Below, piece by piece: positions 26,501-38,682 of a stretch of 40,944 nt of DNA (within the stretch, counting starts at the first letter, position 1; every line of letters starts with the position of its first letter). This DNA comes from Catajapyx aquilonaris (lineage: Eukaryota), in NCBI GenBank assembly GCA_000934665.2, contig JYFJ02003488.1:1-40944 (forward strand), read 5' to 3'. Below the pieces are notes generated by a model that was not told the origin of the DNA, searched no databases, and saw nothing but the letters and a program-made list of their open reading frames with translations. The position numbers and the translations under genes were made by a program.

Positions 26501-29500
26501 TACTGTGATATCTATAAATGTAACTTAACAATATGCGACACTGAATTTCTGTTATTTTAGTAAGTGGGTTTGTAATGAGCAAGTACAAGCTACTGAACCT
26601 TATTCAAATTTGTACTATGTTACAGGTTCTAGCATCGCATAAAATTATACAACGAGAACAAGTTATTCGCAGAATATTATTCACAGTTTTCGAGTCAAAC
26701 ATAACGATCGGCAACTCTTGTTTAATTTAAACAACTTACATTAGTTATCCGCATTACTTCTATGATTTCTGTATGCTAGTTGTACCCACCATTCTGAACT
26801 CCACACTTGAACCACATTTTTCCCTCTCCATCCCTTTTGTCACAACAACTCCCCAAAAGTCCCTCAACAATGCGCTACTTCCACCGGATTTCGAAATCGC
26901 GGGAGAAGTCCCGCAACGAGCAATTTCCAAGTTTGCGAGTGGGCCCTCGTGATGGGCGGTAGTATTCCCCCCCCTCCCCCCGTCTCCCTCTGCCCTCCCC
27001 CATCCCTCCTCCCCCTAATAATTAACGTCGGAATAATTAGTGCAAGGAGTAGAGAGAGCTTTGAATGAAGTTGGGCAGCCTTAATTTGATTAGGCGGGCC
27101 TGCGCCCTGCACACGAGGCCCCCGAGCTTTTACCATCCATCCCAACGTCAGGGGCAGGCGTCGCGCCCTGCACACGACGCTCAAAGACGCCCCCCTCCCG
27201 ATGAATGGCCTCAGCACTTGCCCACAGTAAGAATGAGTAGGGAGGAGGAGGAATGAGGCGCAGTGCAATTTTCCTCTTGTCTCCCATCCAGCAGCCATCA
27301 TGCCTAGGATTTTTGGCCCCCATCCCCTCTTTTCAAATGCAGATTTTTATTTCAGCAAAAATGGCGTTGGTGGCCTAAACACAATCTAAGATCGGACCTA
27401 TACACTTTTTTGCAGTAAAAATCCCTGAGGATACGGGGATACTGTGCACACGTTTGCCTGCCCGCTGGCCTGGATTAAAATTCATGAGAGCTAGGGCCCC
27501 CCTGCCACCATCCGCGAAGAAGGGGATGGGGATGGGAGGTAGAGGAGGGGGTGCTAAAGCGCTTTGTGGTCTACACTAGCCCAATCTTTCTCCAGCCTAT
27601 GGTTGACATCGGAAAGCACTCATTCATAATTACCGTGGCCGACCTGTCGCCTTCTGACTCCGAGAGAGGAACCTGCCTCGCGTCCATGCAAATTGCATGT
27701 GGATGGGGGGAATCAACAATTTCCGAACGATCACAGATGGAGGTTGCCAATAGTAGGGACGGTCGGGGAAGGGGTGCTAGCTGAAATGGGTTTCAAATCG
27801 GGCCCATAAGATGGGGCGAAGCTTGCTTTATTCCAGTTCCTGGTCTTTCCGAATGTCCCTTTTATGTTCCCTTGGACGAACCCCCGACCACCACCCTGCA
27901 CCACTCCACCCGATTGTACCCCTATCTTCCCTCAATCACGGTGCCTGCCAGTCCCAATACAAACTCCTGATCGTTCATGCTATGGAGCTCATGCCTTTTA
28001 TAAATTCCTATCATTTACAAGTCCATTAACTAGTTCCGCTCATTGACTTGTGACAGTGATATTTTCTTTTGGTTTGACGTGGTCGTTAGCACCTGTTACC
28101 ATACCATTGCTGCAAAGCTCAATGATAAAAGTAACCATCCGAATTACGTGTTTATTATTATTACATCCATTTATCAGTAGCGGGTAATTTCACAATAAAA
28201 GGTCACGTACCGACAGTAAACTTTTGACTATAGTACTCGTATATAATAGTGTATTGTTTCCGGATTAATTCGCCTTACTGTAAACAATTTCTAATAACTG
28301 TTTCTTTCTAAGGTGTGTGTTTTCTACTGAATCAACAATCTAAACCAAAATGTTACTATTACATATAAAGTAAAATTTAGCCGTATATAGCTGATGTACT
28401 TCACATTTTTTTATGGTTATTGTTTGTACTCTTTTGGCTTTTATTCTACAAGCCTGTTATTATCCTTCCAGTATTTTAATTACTACTGCAGCATATGTAA
28501 CAGCATGGCTAATCACATACGCCATAAATATCATGAGTGTAGGAATATGTACATTATTACTGTGAGACATCACATGGTCCAAGTACAGTGAGCCTGCAGT
28601 GACATTAAGTAATCAAAGAACAACAAAATGTGCCCATATCTGATATCTAATTATGCGCATAGTTCATGCCCGTTTGTTGCTAAATAGAAGTAATATATGC
28701 ACGTTTTCCCAATTAACAACCCGAAGTGGTGAAGAAGAGACACAGTGAGTTTCGGACATGATATCCCTGCTTTGCAACAACACACAAACTATTTAAAGTT
28801 AATAATATTTTTAACTATCGGTAACACTTTCTGAGAATTTCTATGACCGATGTTCGCCACGTTCTTCCTACAAAAAAGCAAACACAATTTGATGAACCAT
28901 CACCCTATTAGCACCCAGACGAAGAACTCCGGTTTCGTTTCCCCACCTCGTTCTGTCGGAATCAGCGTTAATTGTGTGTTCCCACACCTTGAGCCTGGTA
29001 ATCCCGTTTGGGCAGGCCGATTGCCGCCAGGGAATCAAGGAAATGAAAACGGACCCGGGCTACCTCTTTCTCTCGGCTCGACCCCCCCTCCGCATGATTT
29101 ATCCTGCGGACTCGGCACCGGATATTTCCAGCCGAACATTGCAAGATTGCTTCCGAGGCACAAATTCCCAAAAGCCCCCCCTTCCCCCTCCCCCCCTCCC
29201 CCCCTCTTCCCTACACCCACCTTCCCACGACACCACCTGCCACCGTCTCCAAGCAACGTTCTCTCAGTCTCACNAGGTTGGGGGGGGGGGTTAAGGGGGG
29301 GCTTGGAAGGGGGGGGGGGGGGGTAAGAGGAACCAGCCGCTGCCATGGTAACGCCTGCACCTTCCCGCGGCTCCGGCGTCACGTGGCCGCCAATGATGAA
29401 AGCAGGCAGGTGCGCCTAATGACGCTTCATAAAATTTGACTAATCCTGAACGCCACCCACCCACCCGGCTCCTTTATGCACCGTCTTTTGCTGGGGGTGG

Positions 29501-29646
29501 GCGGGTGGGTGGACAGAGTGCCAACTCTTCATCAGCGACGTTTTTTCTAGAATTTGCCACCATTTTGGAGGAGGTACACCTGATTTAATCATGATTGGAA
29601 AAAAAAATATCTACATGTCCTGTTAGCTGGCATTGCATAAGGACGG

Positions 29647-29718
29647 CTCCCAGCGTGGGGATCGAACCCACGACCCTGAGATGAAATCTCATGCTCTACC
29701 TGACTGAGCTAGCCGGGA
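29647..29718 (-). pseudogene. tRNA-Lys(CTT)-derived pseudogene or tRNA-like Pol III unit
   Basis: The reverse complement TCCCGGCTAGCTCAGTCAGGTAGAGCATGAGATTTCATCTCAGGGTCGTGGGTTCGATCCCCACGCTGGGAG closely matches metazoan tRNA-Lys-CTT. The anticodon loop is only 5 nt (TTTCA) and the D loop has one extra base. An oligo-T run lies about 40 nt downstream. Confidence 0.85.
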
Positions 29719-32700
29719 CGTCATGGCCGCTTATCTTGTGCAATGATCCAGCAACTTAATTGGACACAGTCTGGACGTATAGAATCCAATCGGGAGGTGG
29801 GAATATCCAGCTGGAGAATCCACGATGGCAATGGAACAAGTGTCCAATTACGCTTATTGTGAGGGTGATATGCGCGAATGAATATTAACCACAGTCACGA
29901 AATATCCCTACCAGGTTCTATATTTACACAATAGGAAATTGGGTGATTTTTGATGTATTATTGCTACAGTGTCTGAGTGACTTGCGAAAAAGTATCCATG
30001 CCCTTTGAAGCTTATTTCCGAAGGAAATGCGAGCGTAAAGTTACATATACGCCCGAGTGGCGCAGTTTGATCATCTGTAACGCTGCGTTATACATGCAGG
30101 CGACAGCTGTGCGTTTGTCACCACCCATAAATGAGACAATGATATATACACCCGACTCAGTAATGTGACGACCGCGTGATCCATGTCTCAAGTTGCCACA
30201 CAGATTGGAAGCACAGAGTTTTCTTTCAATGATAACGTGTCCTTTAGAGGTTATAGCCCTTTATCAGCTTCCGTTTAGCGCGACATAAAAATGACCAAAT
30301 GTGACCCCCAGAAAAAACAAGGTGTGAAGTTACAGGCGCCACGATTTAATCCACTCCAGGAAGTAGGCTACTGCACAGGCAGAGGGATGGTGAACAATTT
30401 TAATAATCGGGCATAATGTAAACAAGGGCTGGATCCCCCACCAAAAAAGGGTGGGGTCGGCTTGTCTACCATAAACAAGCAGCGCCGGATTTTCGAATTA
30501 ATTCATTGCATTATAAAACACCAGGTACGCGTGCAAATGTCAGGGGGGGTTGCTCCGGAAATTAAAACCTCGAATGACGGGCAGGATGTATCCAAGCCAG
30601 ATATTATTTTCAATAAAAACAGGTGAGTGTCGCCCCCAAACATTGCATGCACAGCCCACACCCACCAAAAACCTTGCCTATATAAATTCATGTCTCCTTA
30701 CTGGTGACAGCATTTGGGAGTGGGGGGGGTTGGGTGTAGTAATCCGATACTGACTCTGAACTAGTGCAATATCCCCACCCTCCTCCCCAACTTTCTGAGG
30801 AGAAAAAAAATGGAGGAAAAGACAGAAGAGTGATACAAGTTCTCAGAGGGTTACACACGGCTGCCACAATCTTCCGGGGGAAGAGTGATTGATCACATGG
30901 TTCGATGATGCTGATGTAATCGATCTGTTTTCGTAGCTGGAGAACTCCGACGACTCCTCCAGTCTAATCACCACGTGTGGCGTCTCGTAGATCACCAGGT
31001 GTGGTAAAACTTTTCTTCAGCATATCTAATGGCCAGCGAGCGCCCAGATATCCACCATATAGAATTTTGGCTACACTTTTGGACCTGCGTATCAGTCAAC
31101 CAACCACAATTTTGATTTGAGATATAGTACCCAAATATTTCCTCCATTTGGGCGACAACACCATCCTGTCAGGTTTCTCCCTATCAAGCACGCCTCTGAT
31201 TGGTCAGTTTGTCTGACGCTCACCACACTGTTGTCACCTCTGACCACCCGATATCAACTGCAAATTTTTCCTAGTTTGCCAATGTATGCCAAGGCATGGC
31301 TTTTGCAGATGTGCATCCGGGGTATGGTGGTGGGTATGTGGGAGCAGCCGGGTAGGGAGAGCACCCCGGAAAAGCGCCTATTGATGAGAGGCCCCCCCAA
31401 ACTCCGCCAACTGCAGTGTACATGTGGAGTAAAGCGGCGTGTGCTGGCACATTAATACACGCACGTTTTTGCCTACTGCAAGCCCGCACCCAGCCAACCA
31501 CCCACCCCCAGTGTGCATGCAGCGGGATGTTTAGTTGGCATTAGCAGTTGGGATTGCAGGCTGGCGGAAGAGTAGCAGGTGGCAAAGGCTGCCATCGTTA
31601 CCCGCGAGGCGGTCCTGCCCCGCCAAGGCACCTGCCAACCGACAACTCATCGCCCAATCGCAGCTTTCCCACACCCCCTCCCCCCTCTCTCTACCCCCCC
31701 TGGCTTCCTCATAAATAACTACGTTTGGAACATCCTACAACAGATTTTGCCTGCAGGCAGCCAAGGCCGTATGGAAATTACCTACCATACAGCATGTGGG
31801 AGGGGACCAGCCTCACCTGAGATTCGTCCCATTTTATTTCCAGGATTTTGTAGCACATTCCCCAAATGTGCGTATTTTCAAACGATGCCGTTTTGTGTAA
31901 ATTATACAGCCGCCTGATTATAGGGGGGTTTTACAGCCCGTCTTTTAATACCAGCAAACGGAATATTACAGTGTGGATTGGCATGCGAATGGGACCTCTC
32001 TTTTTTTTCTTTTTTTTGGAAATTAAATATAGCGTTAAAACTGAATGACATCCGCGCCAACTGTGCGCCAAAAGCCAGTTTTATTGCCTTCCACTTTTCC
32101 CATGACAACGTGTGAAACAAGGGTAAACTACAGATTTTTCTTCGCTGTCTATTACAAAGCAACTATTAAGAGGAGGGCAGTTCCTGTTGGCTGTGTCCTC
32201 GTGGTCGAAGGTGGGATGGGGACGAGGGAGAGGGACGGAGACACATTTGCATGGGGAACAGTTGACGCCTGTGTCCCGACCATTGTTTCCCGTAATGCTC
32301 CACATGTGCACTGTTATTCCAAACGTAATTAATAGACAGCTTCTGTTTACTGCAACTGTTGTTGGGTGGACTGGATGGGGGGTTGGGGAGGGGGGTTGCC
32401 CACTCTCAAAGTTACAGCCGGTTTGCTGCCACTGGACTGGGTTATTTTCCCCAGTAGCGCGCACCCTTGCCCTCACATTGAACTACCTGTACAGTTACAT
32501 GCCATCCGACATTTCGCATGGACAACACTTGGTTGGGAATACTGGAAAACATTCCTGCTTTTGTTGTCGTCGATTCATCGATTGCTGCCCACCCCTTTTT
32601 TGTGTTATTGGCATAAGAAATTGGGGTCGGGCTGAAGTAATGTTCCGTGGAACAAATGTGCTGACCCTGGTAATGACCTACCATTCATGGTATCTCTTTT

Positions 32701-32852
32701 TCTAATGTTGTTGTTTTTGAATGTGTTCAGAGACAAATACACTCCATCTGATGGAATCTTGCGGCTGACTGCCTCAGAAGGTCATCTACCCAAAAATACA
32801 AATTGGGTAGGGCCTATCTGATTGTGGATCAACATGGTAGAATTCTGTTGGT

Positions 32853-33438
32853 GGGTCACTTCACGGTAACGGACGGGACAAACTTAATGGATTTTGCTTT
32901 TTCAAATATAAATTCTGTAGGTATCCAAGTGTTTTTGAATGTTATGTAACATTGCAACAGCAACATAGTCATGGTGTTAAGATTTATGAAACATAATATG
33001 TTGATAATTTATGTTTTAACATGGTGATTTAATTTCATTAGTCGGGTAACGGACGGGACAGCAAAAGGACATGCATACGAATTGTAGCACACATAATAGT
33101 AGAACTCTGTTCTCTTGAACATTGCAGAAATCAATTTTTCAATATGTTGTAGAAGACTATCATAATTATCAACAAAATAGGTTCATTCCAGAAGTAAGGT
33201 GTTGCATGTGATTGGTACAGTGATAATATATGTAACGGACGGGACAAAGCTTATTTAACTGACCCGACACTTTTGTCCTTGGATAAACATGTGTGAGAAT
33301 GGGTCTGAAGTAAGCTTTCATCTATTATTCCACAGAAACACCGTAATTTTGGTTGACATGAGAGTTTAAAAAGCAAAACAAAATTGCTTTTAAAACTTCA
33401 CTTTTCACCAAAATGTCCCTTTTCGCGTGGAATGACCC
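32853..33438. mobile_element. Probable Sola2-type non-autonomous DNA transposon
   Basis: Imperfect TIRs GGGTCAcTtCACG / GGGTCAtTcCACG, 4-bp TSD TGGT, and three internal copies of GTAACGGACGGGACA. GRG termini with a 4-bp TSD fit Sola2. Confidence 0.6.
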
Positions 33439-33941
33439 TGGTACAAAAGAAATTCCTCTACGTTGACACAATAATTTGACCAATGTGCAGTTTTAGGCTG
33501 TCACTAATGGACCTGTCAAGCGTATTGTTACATCAGCTGGGGTATATGCATATTATTTGTTCTGGTGACTTTTTCCGGACGTTTGACAGCAGTTACAGCT
33601 AGAAATACTTTCCTAAAAATATTGCGTCTTGCACATGGTTATTGCAAATCATAATACCAGTAGATGCAATAGTTTTACATGAATGATACTATGACAAAAT
33701 ATGCCGCAAAACAAAGTTAAGAGCTGACATTTTAATCCGTCAAAATTGTGGTGTCATCTGTGATTATGTTTTATATACCGTACTGATTATAGACAGGGGA
33801 TGTAACTTTCCAGCAAGACCCCGTTCTTTCGGGAATCATGAGGTATATACTACTGTATTTTTACTGAATATCCTTTGGCAGGATATCTCAATAATTGTCA
33901 TTAGGCTACAATATCGCAAATTGTGACAATTATACACGCTG

Positions 33942-34142
33942 TCCCTCTGCCCACGTTGACGATCCGGAAGTTGGGGGAAGGGGAAGAATTGATGGATTAA
34001 TCAGTCCTGGGCACTACAGAGTACAGATTTAGGTCGTCTGTAACTTTTTGAATTTTTCGAAATTTGTTTACATCACAAGAGGTGACTGATTCAACTTCCC
34101 CCTTCTTCCCCTATCTTCCGGATCATCAACCTGGACAGGGGA
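33942..34142. mobile_element. Foldback/MITE-like inverted-repeat element
   Basis: The outer arms match at about 33 of 39 positions (…GTTGAYGATCCGGAAG…GGGGAAG), with further AATCAGTC/GACTGATT pairing inside. No TSD was identified. Confidence 0.7.
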
Positions 34143-35931
34143 ATGCCCTATAGTTACAAGCATAATATAGAGTTGATCATAGTCTATATGCGTTATGCAC
34201 GTACAGTACTACCAAGAATTACGATCCTCCTTCATCCCTATACAATGAACATGTCATTACGACACTTCGTGCAAAATTACAGCCCGTAACATTTATCGCC
34301 TGTTGATTGCCGTGAGGCCAGTTCCTTGCAAGCACAACTTACTCTCCCTCCAAGCATAATTAGATTTTTTTTGGGTGTGTGTGACCTCACGATGATTGCT
34401 GATAGACCCGAAAATAGCCGCAATAAATTTGTACACAATAGCCTTCTCCAATGCAACTCTGTTCCCGCCTCCTGGAGATGTTACAGAGGATCACTCAAAG
34501 TTAATAGCCCCCGTGATTTCCACCTCGCCGGCTTAATAACCCTTTCCCCGCTATCACCCCCACCCCCTGGCACCCAGCCCCCGCCTCCCCAACGATGATG
34601 AATGCCCGCCGATTAAAATCACACCTGTACTACTGCACTAATGATTTAGGTGAAGGTGCAAAGCCTCATATCACACTCGAAGCTGTCTGACCAGAGAAGA
34701 GGGGAGGGGGGGGGGAGAAGGGGNCGATGCCCGTTATATACTTGTATGAAATGGCGTGATTTGAGCCCTTCTTCCCTGCCTTAACGAGCCTCCCCATTTC
34801 CCCCATCACCCCCACCACCAACAATTTTAATAGACATTGTGTACTTAGTGAGAGCTGCCAGATCACGACTCGAGTTTGCCCGGATTTACCTCCGGATGTT
34901 TGAACCTGATTACTATCGACCCCACCCCTCACACACCAGCAACTCATCCCCAACTCAAGTCACGACCGTATACTGTTATTGATAATGTACGCCATTTGCC
35001 ATGATGCACAACGACGGCAATAAAGTTTAGCTATCCATTGCTGTCGCTCCAGCAACATAATTCCGAGCGTTTTGTGCGCGGCTCTGATCGAATGTTATTG
35101 GCTTTTATATAGTGCTATACATTATACAGGTGGGGGAGGTGTTAAGGGGGTGCCAGAACGGATGGGGTGTATGAGAGGGGTATATGGGTGGCTCCTGTTT
35201 GACCAACTTGAGAGACAAGGTCGTCTGGTGGTCAATGCATTCGGGTGACGGAGGCTGTCTGGACGTCGACAGGGTGGCTGTGTTCCGACCAGCGTGTAAT
35301 TATTGCCGTCAGCGCCAGATCAGATAGGGTGGAGGGACTTGGCAACAGAATAATTGCCCTATCCCACCCCCTGACAAAAACTTTGGCGAACAGTATTCAA
35401 TGACAGTCCTCCACCTACTCAGCTGACCTCGTGGGAGTTTTTTGTACAACCAGTGGTTCGTAAGTGGCGTGACTTACCATACCATGTGCTGTAGTTGCAG
35501 CTGTGTGGTGCCTTACAGAATTATTCTGCGGAGTCGTATTTTTCTGTATACATCGCGCCAAAATTAGTTTTCACATTTACTACGAGTTCATACGAACAAA
35601 CGTGCCAAGTTTGGACAACGGATATCGTATCAAAAATATTAGATGTAAACAACAACTTCCGCTGTCCAGGCTACTCCCGTTAAAGTATGCAAAACACCTC
35701 CAAAAAAAAAAAAGCAATTGACGCCAATTTTTCGTCTCGTTATATTACCGCACGCGATTACATCTACACGCGTGGTTCCCAACGACAAGGTGAAAACTAC
35801 TAATTCACAGCAAATGACCGCGTCCTAATAAATAACCCCTCACGCACATATTTCCGCACCTCCCAATTGTCCGCCTACCACTTATTAACCCGTCCCACCT
35901 GTCCAAGAACCCCTGGTAGGAAAATTCTTAC

Positions 35932-36227
35932 CCGTTCGCAGGGAAGATGAGGCCCCTGTGGGTCTTCCGGAACTGTCGGTAGGTAGGCGCTACCTGGACG
36001 CTGATGTGCCTGTAGGTCGACCGGTCTGCGCTACTGCCAGCGACGTACTGACGGGCCGGGAAGCCTGACGGTGGAGCAGAGGAGGCGGCGGCGGTGGCGG
36101 AGCAGGGCAGCTGGTTTTGGGCCAACGTCTGGCGCGCCTGTGATCCGTCGGTACCACGCTCCTGGGCCTGTACATCGGGCCGGGTTGGGCGCGCGCGCAT
36201 AAGCAACTTTTTTGACACACTAGGCAT
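35932..36227 (-). CDS. Candidate first coding exon (exon A): MPSVSKKLLMRARPTRPDVQ...RKTHRGLIFPAN(G)
   Basis: GC/CpG-rich open frame, ATG in a good context (CACCATG), an Ala/Ser/Pro-rich stretch, and donor GG|GTAAGA at 35931 in phase 2, matching exon B. The frame is also open upstream to 36443, so the true start is uncertain. Confidence 0.65.
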
Positions 36228-36294
36228 GGTGATGCTCGCACGATGGACAATGAAGTGGAAGTGTCTTGCAGAAAGGCTTAAGACTTTTTGTTTC

Positions 36295-36303
36295 CTTATA
36301 TAG
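36295..36303 (-). promoter_or_regulatory. Possible TATA box (CTATATAAG) upstream of exon A
   Basis: Matches STATAWAAR about 70 nt before the ATG, but there is no well-spaced Inr. The same bases could instead be a weak splice acceptor. Confidence 0.25.
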
Positions 36304-36632
36304 AAAGATAAGAAGAGGGGAGTAGACAATGTGGATGTCGCGAAAGCACAGTGGTGGAACATAATCACATGATCATACGTAGGAAGAAATGAGGCTGGTA
36401 CTTGCAGGGTCCAGAGGTCGGTCACAGAATATGCGACGGTCAAAGTGCGGAATTTTTATGACAGTAACATCCTCCAGTACAGGAATCTGAGCTGATTGAA
36501 GTTACGTAATCGTTGTCCGGTATAGGTCTGAGTGGGCGTGAAGGAAATTATATAAACACTTATAAGTTAATCACGAATAAAGTGTAAGGAACCAACTTCT
36601 CCATGGTAGAATTTGTTGAAAGAAGTAAAGCG

Positions 36633-37003
36633 TAGTCCATAAAAGTACGTCACTCTTATTTTAGGTTTTTTTGACCCCCCCCCCCTCCCCAACCCATTCC
36701 CAGGTCACGCACTGTCATGCTGTTCCCCCATCCCCACTTTCTGTATATGTCCCTACATAAAGGAACTGAACTTGTTGCTGAATTTTTGGGATACTTTTAC
36801 TTTCTTACAATTTTGAGCCTGACATCGTCGTACTATGCACAGGTACGATGACCCCCTCCTACTCATGTCACGTTCTTCCAGCTGGCGTCCATCCACGTAT
36901 ACCCTCTACCAGGTGACGTACTTCCTCATATACGCGTACTTATTGAAATGTAAATTTTTTATTAATTTCCTCATATATATATCATCAATTTTTAAATATG
37001 GAC
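36633..37003. mobile_element. Degenerate MITE remnant (Zator-like termini)
   Basis: GTCCATAAAAGTACGTCAC on the left and a split GTGACGTACTT...TATGGAC on the right, with internal GACCCCC..CTCC and GTCACG repeats. The right TIR is interrupted. Confidence 0.45.
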
Positions 37004-38608
37004 CAAAGTTTTACGTGTAATAACTGTAAACTAAAGAGGTCTACACATGCGGTTTTAGCACTATACAGAGCTCAATATTGTTCCATTGTTTCAGTCTTAG
37101 TCTTCAGATAATTAAAACTACCACTAACACTATAGTACAGTGCTAAAACCGCCTGATTTTTGCCCCACGATGACAGGATGCGACATGATGCCACGCAATC
37201 TGTGTGATATTATTTTGCGGGCTCCAGTCGGTTATTCTGCAGGAGTCAAGTTGCGTATCAGTGGGGTGCACAAGAGGTCAAGGTTGATGGGACATAGGTA
37301 CTGGAGTTTTGTCCGACGCCTGTTTTTCTTGCTGAGTGATTTGAAGGAACGGCAGCGTCATCTGTTCGTATCGGAATTTTTCGTAGTAAATGAGTTACCT
37401 GCACGCTGACAGAAACTACTTTACAGTCTGATGCAGCGCAGCGACTCGGAAGGATTTGTCAATATTTTGAACTTCAAAATATTACCGAGTTCCAGATCGC
37501 GCAACTTGCCTAATTATGATAACTTTAATGACAGCAAGACTTTATCGATATCCCTACTTATTAGATTGCTTCGTAATGAATGAAACCAGTGCACAAGCTG
37601 TTTATGTCCCCCTTCATGTGGTGTCAGGCATAATTTTATTTTGATGTTTAAATTTTCTTCCTGCTTGACCCTCTAAAGCCAAGTTGCATCAGTGAAGGCA
37701 TGTAATGTACCTGCACTTGAATCAAATGCAAAATCGTCTCTATGTTTTTGAGCGATATAGTACTCTGAACCCCAGGTTTGTCTTTTATAACAACCGGAAA
37801 AATACCACAGCTTTCTTGTCCGCACCCCTTCCTGCAGATAAACAGAGCAACAAGGCCTTCATTGAACCTTTGTCTCGCATGAATATGTATAGAACATGAT
37901 TGTGTTGAGGATGAGGGCAGGATGTGGCAGTGCACTATATGTAGGCCCACATTATAGTACTCGACTCCAACATGTAAGTGACCTCCTGTGTACGATACAC
38001 TGTTCGTACCCGCTCCTATGAACTCATGGAATTTCCAAGATTCGGCCCAGTTTCGGCCGGATTGAGCCCTTCAGCAATCCCAAAATTGTTAGCTCAATGT
38101 CATCTCTACCGTCCCATGTCCCATCTACTTCCTGTTTATATTTCATTCGATATTCACGCAGTGCAAAGTTCGCTCAGAGTCACTGCCCTTGTATACGCCA
38201 GGCGGAAGTGAGTACAGGGGTACAGTACCTAAGACAATGACCTATTGGGGGTTGCATTCTAGCGCCGGAGAGGCGTGGAATGCACATAATTATGGCCTCA
38301 TTGTTGGGGAAAATATCTAGATCATGATGCAGAGAAACTGCTATGTAGTCCGTTTTTAATTTTGATATTTTTTGTAATCAATAATGAACCCCCTCTCGCT
38401 GTTCGGTGAATTTGTGAAATTGAGAGTTTTTTCCGTCCAATGACCGTTTTCGGAGTTTGAGCCTAACATTGTATATTTCCGACACTACGAAAATCCAACA
38501 TAGCTATAGATCTAGGGAACACAATCATATAGTTATGTCCCGGGTAGACAAATTCCCGCTATATAGGCAGGGATCATTGGAATAAATTAATTTATTGCAG
38601 CAATACAC

Positions 38609-38613
<5 letters not shown>

Positions 38614-38653
<40 letters not shown>
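38614..38653. repeat. (GA)n microsatellite
   Basis: Perfect AG dinucleotide run. Confidence 0.98.
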
Positions 38654-38659
<6 letters not shown>

Positions 38660-38682
38660 ATGCACAATATTATATTGCAATA

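Noticed and set aside
29757..29850. 11-bp inverted repeat TAATTGGACAC/GTGTCCAATTA next to the tRNA-like sequence
   Set aside because: Too short, with no TSD or further arm pairing, to call an element.
19889..34724. Isolated N bases at 19889, 22822, 24776, 29274 and 34724
   Set aside because: All lie in or beside G homopolymers, so they are sequencing or consensus ambiguity rather than biology.
35473..35500. Minus-strand donor TG|GTAAGT with ATG GTA TG, and a similar site near 22650
   Set aside because: Both are phase-compatible with exon B but too short to distinguish from chance donors in a 31-kb intron.
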